From Zeimonas sediminis (lineage in GTDB: Bacteria > Pseudomonadota > Gammaproteobacteria > Burkholderiales > Burkholderiaceae_E): a DNA stretch of 40,000 bases. The stretch spans positions 2,351,671 to 2,391,670 of the forward strand of contig NZ_JAMQYE010000001.1 of assembly GCF_023721795.1 (NCBI RefSeq), read 5' to 3'. The position numbers and the translations under genes are program-made. The stretch's first letter is position 1. Every line of letters begins with the position of its first letter. The notes beneath the pieces are model-generated. The model searched no databases and was not told the DNA's origin. It was given only the letters and a program-made list of their open reading frames with translations. Positions 35,393 to 40,000 of the stretch are shown here, one piece after another.

Positions 35393-35652
35393 CCTGGACG
35401 GTCGTCTTTGCGAAACACGCGCTCAAGGACGCCAGGAAGCTGGCGGCGGCAGGCCTGAAGCCCCGGACCGAGGAACTCCTGAAGCTGCTGGCCGAGGATC
35501 CGTTCCGGAACCCGCCACCCTACGAGAAGCTGGTCGGTGACCTTGCCGGCGCCTGGTCGCGCCGCATCAACATCCAGCACCGGCTGGTCTACGAGGTCTT
35601 CACCGAGCGAAGGACCGTGCGCGTGCTCCGGATGTGGTCCCACTACGAATGA
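35389..35652 (+). CDS. yoeB: Txe/YoeB-family toxin
   Basis: The GTG start at 35389 overlaps the yefM stop (GTGA). VTWTVVFAKHALKDARKLAAAGLKPRTEELLKLLAEDPFRNPPPYEKLVGDLAGAWSRRINIQHRLVYEV...VRVLRMWSHYE. Confidence 0.85.
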   Translation: MTWTVVFAKHALKDARKLAAAGLKPRTEELLKLLAEDPFRNPPPYEKLVGDLAGAWSRRINIQHRLVYEVFTERRTVRVLRMWSHYE

Positions 35653-36238
35653 ACCGGCCAAGCTCCCGCGCCGGCATCCCCTGGATCTCGCACAACAAGC
35701 CGTGCGTGACCGCCCCCAGCCGGAACCTGGCCACCAGCTCCTCCTCGAGCCGAACCAGCAGGCTCGCCGCCATCTCGGCGTCGGCCAGCGCGCGGTGGTA
35801 GCGGCCGGCCACCGGCAGGCCGGCGAACTCGACCAGCGTGCCCAGCTTGTGGTTGGGCGCATGCGGAAGCAGCCTGCGCGCGAGCAGCATCGTGCAGGCG
35901 AAGTCCTGCGTGCGCGAGCGGCCCGCGCGGGCCAGCTCGGCGTCCCAGAACTTTCGGTCGAACGACGCGTTGTGCGCGGCCATCGGATTGCCGCCCACGA
36001 AGTCGGCCACCTCGCGCATCACCCTGGCGGCCGGCGGCGCGGCGCGGACCATCTCGTTGCTGATGCCGGTCAGTGCCTCGATGAAGGGCGGCACCCAGGC
36101 GCCCGAGTTCATCAGGCTCTGGTAGCGGTCGACGACCACGCCGTCGCGCACCAGCACCGCCGCGATCTCGGTGGCGCGCGCGCCGTGCTCGGGCGAGATG
36201 CCGGTGGTTTCGAAGTCGATGACGGCGATGGTGTCCAT
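35600..36238 (-). CDS. DEDDh 3'-5' exonuclease (DNA polymerase III epsilon-like)
   Basis: 212 aa from ATG 36236-36238. Exo I IAVIDFETTG; Exo II AAHNASFDRKFW; Exo III HRALADAEM. The 3' end overlaps yoeB convergently by 53 nt. Confidence 0.8.
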   Translation of the reverse strand: MDTIAVIDFETTGISPEHGARATEIAAVLVRDGVVVDRYQSLMNSGAWVPPFIEALTGISNEMVRAAPPAARVMREVADFVGGNPMAAHNASFDRKFWDAELARAGRSRTQDFACTMLLARRLLPHAPNHKLGTLVEFAGLPVAGRYHRALADAEMAASLLVRLEEELVARFRLGAVTHGLLCEIQGMPARELGRFIRSGTTSGARARSFAR

Positions 36239-36279
36239 CAGCTCTGTTGCGCCAATCGGTGAACAGTGAATCTCGAGGG

Positions 36280-36528
36280 TCAGGGGCGCTCGTCGCCCTC
36301 TCGCGGAGGAACGCCGCCTTTGCGCCGGAGGATCCGCCGGAATGCTTCGAGATCCGCGCGGCCCTTGCGCTCGGCGAAGTAGGCCGCCGTGTTCATCGCT
36401 GCCAGTTTCTCGGCCACGGCGGTTGCGACGAACTGGTTCATGCTGATGCCCTCCTCGCGCGCGAGCTTCTCGACGGCCGCTTTCAGCGACTTCGGAAGGC
36501 GCAGCGAACAAGTCGAGGTTTCACCCAT
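36280..36528 (-). CDS. ribbon-helix-helix antitoxin-like protein (HicB/Arc-type)
   Basis: 82 aa from ATG 36526-36528: SLRLPKSLKAAVEKLAREEGISMNQFVATAVAEKLAAM.... No toxin partner was recognised. Confidence 0.65.
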   Translation of the reverse strand: MGETSTCSLRLPKSLKAAVEKLAREEGISMNQFVATAVAEKLAAMNTAAYFAERKGRADLEAFRRILRRKGGVPPREGDERP

Positions 36529-36653
36529 GTCTGCAAGCTCCGGATCTCGCCTGTGCACCCAGCCTGTGCACCCAATTGACGCGTTCTGGACAAACGCGGC
36601 CGATGCGTCACATGGCACTTGGCGAGCTGGAATGATCGCATGCCATCGCAAGC

Positions 36654-36863
36654 CTACTTCCAGCGCAGATCGAGCTTCCTGCGCGAGGCCACGTAGTCTC
36701 TCGAGTAGAGGTTGATCAAGCTCTGGAAGGGAATGCCGACCTCCTCAGAGATCGCCTTGCAGTAGTCGATCGATTCCAGGTCCAGGCGGATCGTGATCTG
36801 CTTCTCGGACTGCGACGCGTACGGGCTCTTCCTCGACTGGCTGAAATCGTATTCCTTGCGCAT
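36654..36863 (-). CDS. BrnA/CopG-like antitoxin, orphan
   Basis: 69 aa from ATG 36861-36863: MRKEYDFSQSRKSPYASQSEKQITIRLDLESIDYCKAISEEVGIPFQSLINLYSRDYVASRRKLDLRW. Confidence 0.7.
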   Translation of the reverse strand: MRKEYDFSQSRKSPYASQSEKQITIRLDLESIDYCKAISEEVGIPFQSLINLYSRDYVASRRKLDLRWK

Positions 36864-36873
36864 TGGTGCACCT

Positions 36874-38361
36874 TCAAGCCGGCCAAACCGCCGCATGACT
36901 CCCCGGCGGCATCGAAGGCCTGGCCCACCCCGCCGGCGTGCGCGACAGCAGCGCCGCATGCCGCACCGCGGTCAGCTCGCCGAAGCCCGATGCCGAGGTC
37001 TCCAGGTAGGGCCCGAGCTCGGGCTTGCCGGCCGAGAAGCCGTCGGCCACCCGCCCCAGCCCGCGCAGCCAGTGGCCGGTCTGCGCGAGCGACACGCGCA
37101 CCAGCCAGCTGCCGCCCTCGAGCTGCTGGCGGCGCAATGCGGCCGCGGCGCCGAAGGCGATCAGGTAGCCGGTGGCTTGGTCGAGGATCTGCATCGGCAG
37201 GGCTCGCGGGGTGGGCTCGGCTGCCTTGCCGGCGGCGCCAGCGGAGCCGGCAGCCGCTGCAGCCGCCGCCGCCTCGCCCTCGGCCCGGTTGAAGCCCATC
37301 GCGGTCTGCACCAGCGAGTCGAAGCCGCGCCTGCCCGCCCACGGCCCCTCCGTGCCGTAGGCCGACAGCGACACGCACACGATGCCCGGCCGCTTGCGGG
37401 CCAGCTCCTCGGGCCCGTAGCCGAGCGAGTCCAGCCCGCCCGGCCGGTAGCCCTGCACGAACACGTGCGCGTCTTCGAGCAGCCGGTCCATCGCGGCGCG
37501 GCCTTCCGGCTCGCGCAGGTCGACCAGCGCCGACAGCTTGCCGCGGCTGGTGTCGGCGATCGCCTCGATGTTGGGCAGGTGCGGCGCGTTGACCAGCATC
37601 ACGTCGGCGCCGTAGGCGGCGAGCGCGCGCCCGCCCACCGGGCCGGCCAGGATGCGGGTGAGGTCCAGCACGCGGATGCCGGCCAGCGGCGGCGCGTCGT
37701 CGGAGAGCGCGGGCAGGGCATGCGACGGCGCATCCCCGATCCGCTCGATCGTGAACAGCGGCTGCGCGGCCACCGCCCTGCCCTGCGGCGTGGCGTCCCA
37801 CTCCTCGAAGCTGCGCAGCGCGGTGGCCACCAGGCCGGCCTCGGCGGTGGCGGTCTCGAAGTCCAGCGCGCGCCAGCCGAGCATCGCCTGCTGCGCGTCC
37901 TCGCGCGTGGCGGTGGCCGGGTCCAGCCCCATCAGCCGCAGCGCGCCCTCGCGGTGGTGCGCGAAGTTGGCGTGCACCCGCACCCAGCCGTCGGCGCAGC
38001 GGTACAGGCCCGAGAACTTGTCCCACAGGTCGGGCACCTGGCCGTCGATCGCGAACCAGCCCAGGCACTCGATCGCGGCGTGCAGCATGTCGACCGAGAC
38101 CTGCTGGCGGCCGAAACCGGCGGCGGCCGACCCCGCGCTCGCCGAGCCGGCGCCGCGCCCTGTCTCCAGCCTCAGCGCGCCCAGCTCGCAGGCCGCCAGC
38201 GCCGCTGCGGCGATCGTGGCCTGCGCCGCGGTGCCCACCGCGAACGACGAAGGCAGCACCGGCTCGCTGCCGGTGAGGCGAACGTGCCCGAGGGCGTCGG
38301 TCGGCAGCCCCGCCAGCTGCCAGAGGTCGGCAAGGACCTTCGCGGAATCCGGATCGCGCAT
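36874..38361 (-). CDS. CoA-transferase family III (CaiB/BaiF-like) protein
   Basis: Start placed at ATG 38359-38361. GIRVLDLTRILAGPVGGRALAAYGADVMLV...VFVQGYRPGGLDSLGYG...SLSAYG..GPWAGRRGFDSLVQ. It carries a poly-Ala insertion. Confidence 0.8.
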   Translation of the reverse strand: MRDPDSAKVLADLWQLAGLPTDALGHVRLTGSEPVLPSSFAVGTAAQATIAAAALAACELGALRLETGRGAGSASAGSAAAGFGRQQVSVDMLHAAIECLGWFAIDGQVPDLWDKFSGLYRCADGWVRVHANFAHHREGALRLMGLDPATATREDAQQAMLGWRALDFETATAEAGLVATALRSFEEWDATPQGRAVAAQPLFTIERIGDAPSHALPALSDDAPPLAGIRVLDLTRILAGPVGGRALAAYGADVMLVNAPHLPNIEAIADTSRGKLSALVDLREPEGRAAMDRLLEDAHVFVQGYRPGGLDSLGYGPEELARKRPGIVCVSLSAYGTEGPWAGRRGFDSLVQTAMGFNRAEGEAAAAAAAAGSAGAAGKAAEPTPRALPMQILDQATGYLIAFGAAAALRRQQLEGGSWLVRVSLAQTGHWLRGLGRVADGFSAGKPELGPYLETSASGFGELTAVRHAALLSRTPAGWARPSMPPGSHAAVWPA

Positions 38362-38410
38362 GGCCGAAGTCTGCCACCGCTTGCGATGCTTGCGTCCTAA
38401 ACTCGGCGAC

Positions 38411-40000
38411 ATGGCCCGAATCGTTCCCGAAGAGATCGACGCCGCGAAGGCGCGCGGCCAGGCGCGCCGCGAGATCGAGACGCTGGAGGCGCTCGAGCGT
38501 GAGCTGTCCGCCGAGTACACCGTGTACCACGGCGTGCACTGGGCACATTCGGACGCCTCCGCCGCCTTCTACGGCGAGATCGACTTCGTGGTCGTGAACC
38601 GTTGCGGCCGGGCGATCGCGATCGAGCAGAAGAACGGCGGGCTGGAGTCCGACGGGCAGGACCTGCTGAAGCGCTACGGGACCGGCGCGAAATCGGTGAG
38701 CGCGCAGGTCGGCCGCAACCTGCGCGGCCTGATGCGCGAGTTCTCGCGCCGCTTCCCGAAGGGCGGGCGGCTCGACATCGACCACCTGCTCTACCTTCCC
38801 GACCACGCGCTCGCCGGCCCCACGCCGGCCTCGGTGGACCCGGCTCGCGTCGTCGACGCGCGCTCGCCCGAATCGCTGGCGAAGCGTATCGAGGCACTGT
38901 TCGACGAGCGACCGATGCCGGCGAGCCAGGGCGCCACCGGTCTGCGGCCTGCCGACGCGTCGGACGTGCACGCCTTCCTGTCCGAGCGGCTGGACCTGGT
39001 GCCGAGCATCGACGCGATCTCGCGCAACGCGCGCGAGCAGTACGCGCGGCTGTCCGGCGGCCTGGCCACCTGGGCGCGCCGCCTGTCGATGCAGCCCTTC
39101 AGGCTGCGGGTGCGCGGCACCGCCGGCTCGGGCAAGACGCAGCTGGCGCTGGCCGAGCTGCGCGCCGCGCACGAAGCGGGCCGCAGCGCGCTCTACCTGT
39201 GCTTCAACCGGCCGCTGGCCGACGCGATGCGCAAGGCGGCGCCGAAGCCCGGCACCTGCATGACCTTCCACGAGCTCGGCGACCGGCTGCTGAAGCAGCG
39301 CGGCGAGCCTGTGGACTACGCGCAGCCGGGCGCCTTCGAGCGGCTGGCGGACGCGGTGGTGGCGGCGGCCGGCGGCGCGAGCGATGCGCACCGCGACCCG
39401 GATGCGCGCGGCGCCGCGGTCGACGACCTGCGCGCCTCGGTCGACTTGCTGATCGTCGACGAGGGCCAGGACTTCGAGCCGCGCTGGGCCGAGGCGCTGG
39501 AGCGGATGGTGGCGCCGGCGGGCCGGCTGCTGTGGCTCGAGGACCCGTCGCAGAACCTGTACCGGCGCGAGTCGGCGGCGCTGCCCGGCTGGGTGACACT
39601 GGAGTCGCCGGTCAACTACCGCTCGCCGCAGGTGATCGTGGCGCTGGTCAACATGCTGGGCCTGGTCGATCACGAGGTCGAGGCGGGTGGCGCGGTGCAC
39701 GGCTTCGAGATTCCGCTCACCGAGTACGCCGACCGCGGGCCCGGAGCCGCCGACGGCGATTGCGGGGAGCCGGAACCCTTCGGCCTCGACCGCTGCCGCA
39801 CGATCGCCGAGCCACGGCCGTCGGCGGGTGGCCGCGAGGCGCCGGGTGATCGCGGAGCCGCCGCGACCGGGTCACGCGCCGATTCGCGCGCTGATTCGCT
39901 GCACGCCCGGACCGACCAGGCGGTCGGCGCGCTGCTCGACGCCGGCCACGCCCCGGCCGACATCGCGGTGGTCTGCTGGCACGGCCTGGCGAGCTCCCGG
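38411..40000 (+). CDS. NERD-domain nuclease fused to SF1 (UvrD-like) helicase/ATPase, 3' end outside window
   Basis: It is not in the ORF track because it has no stop in the window. I translated it by hand from ATG 38411 and it is open for 530 codons to base 40000. NERD/PD-(D/E)XK: YTVYHGVHW...GEIDFVVVNRCGRAIAIEQKNG. Walker A GTAGSGKT; Walker B LLIVDEGQDF. The tail is ...AGHAPADIAVVCWHG. Confidence 0.75.
   Translation, partial: MARIVPEEIDAAKARGQARREIETLEALERELSAEYTVYHGVHWAHSDASAAFYGEIDFVVVNRCGRAIAIEQKNGGLESDGQDLLKRYGTGAKSVSAQVGRNLRGLMREFSRRFPKGGRLDIDHLLYLPDHALAGPTPASVDPARVVDARSPESLAKRIEALFDERPMPASQGATGLRPADASDVHAFLSERLDLVPSIDAISRNAREQYARLSGGLATWARRLSMQPFRLRVRGTAGSGKTQLALAELRAAHEAGRSALYLCFNRPLADAMRKAAPKPGTCMTFHELGDRLLKQRGEPVDYAQPGAFERLADAVVAAAGGASDAHRDPDARGAAVDDLRASVDLLIVDEGQDFEPRWAEALERMVAPAGRLLWLEDPSQNLYRRESAALPGWVTLESPVNYRSPQVIVALVNMLGLVDHEVEAGGAVHGFEIPLTEYADRGPGAADGDCGEPEPFGLDRCRTIAEPRPSAGGREAPGDRGAAATGSRADSRADSLHARTDQAVGALLDAGHAPADIAVVCWHGLASSR

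Noticed and set aside
37230-37290. GCC/GCA-rich tract encoding poly-Ala (EGEAAAAAAAAGSAGAAG) in the CoA-transferase gene as a possible repeat element.
   Set aside because: It is an in-frame low-complexity linker within a gene that is otherwise well supported on both sides. It is not a separate feature.
36716-39700. 994-aa minus-strand ORF, the longest in the track.
   Set aside because: The translation is Arg/Ala/Pro/Gly low-complexity, typical of off-frame shadows in very GC-rich DNA. It overlaps two well-supported genes, the CoA-transferase and the NERD-helicase, whose motifs are clear in other frames.

Overview
All calls are made by eye from translations and remembered family motifs; no searches were run. 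This is a very GC-rich, proteobacterial-type chromosomal segment (one flank line hand-counted at 78% GC). It contains a compositionally foreign island.

(1) 1-9.5 kb holds small accessory genes. These are a DedA-type membrane protein, two thioesterase-like genes, a membrane-anchored Mrr-type nuclease, TA pairs, an NrtR-like regulator coupled to a Cys-phosphatase, and an HDAC-like deacetylase. The region shows visible decay: a degraded duplicate of the phosphatase locus and a toxin gene with an in-frame deletion.

(2) 9.5-19.8 kb is one long minus-strand operon. It encodes a TetR regulator, SDR, thiolase, enoyl-CoA hydratase, a Liv-type ABC transporter and an acyl-CoA ligase. A candidate promoter and palindrome sit at 19.95 kb.

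(3) About 20.8-30.4 kb is the low-GC island. It carries a translationally coupled plus-strand operon: unknown protein, DGQHR protein, DpdA-type DNA transglycosylase, second DGQHR protein, QueC, and a triple-tandem QueD. Converging on it is an even lower-GC pair, a third divergent DGQHR protein plus an HNH nuclease. I read this as a non-canonical 7-deazaguanine (Dpd-like) DNA-modification system whose usual DpdD-K restriction genes are absent. The DGQHR-HNH pair may take their place. This is the best candidate for an undescribed system.

(4) 30.5-40 kb holds a DUF2779-type nuclease and a dense cluster of intact, orphaned and decayed TA genes. It also holds a DEDD exonuclease, a CoA-transferase and a NERD/SF1-helicase gene that runs off the window end and is missing from the ORF track.

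No rRNA, tRNA, CRISPR array, integrase or transposase was recognised.
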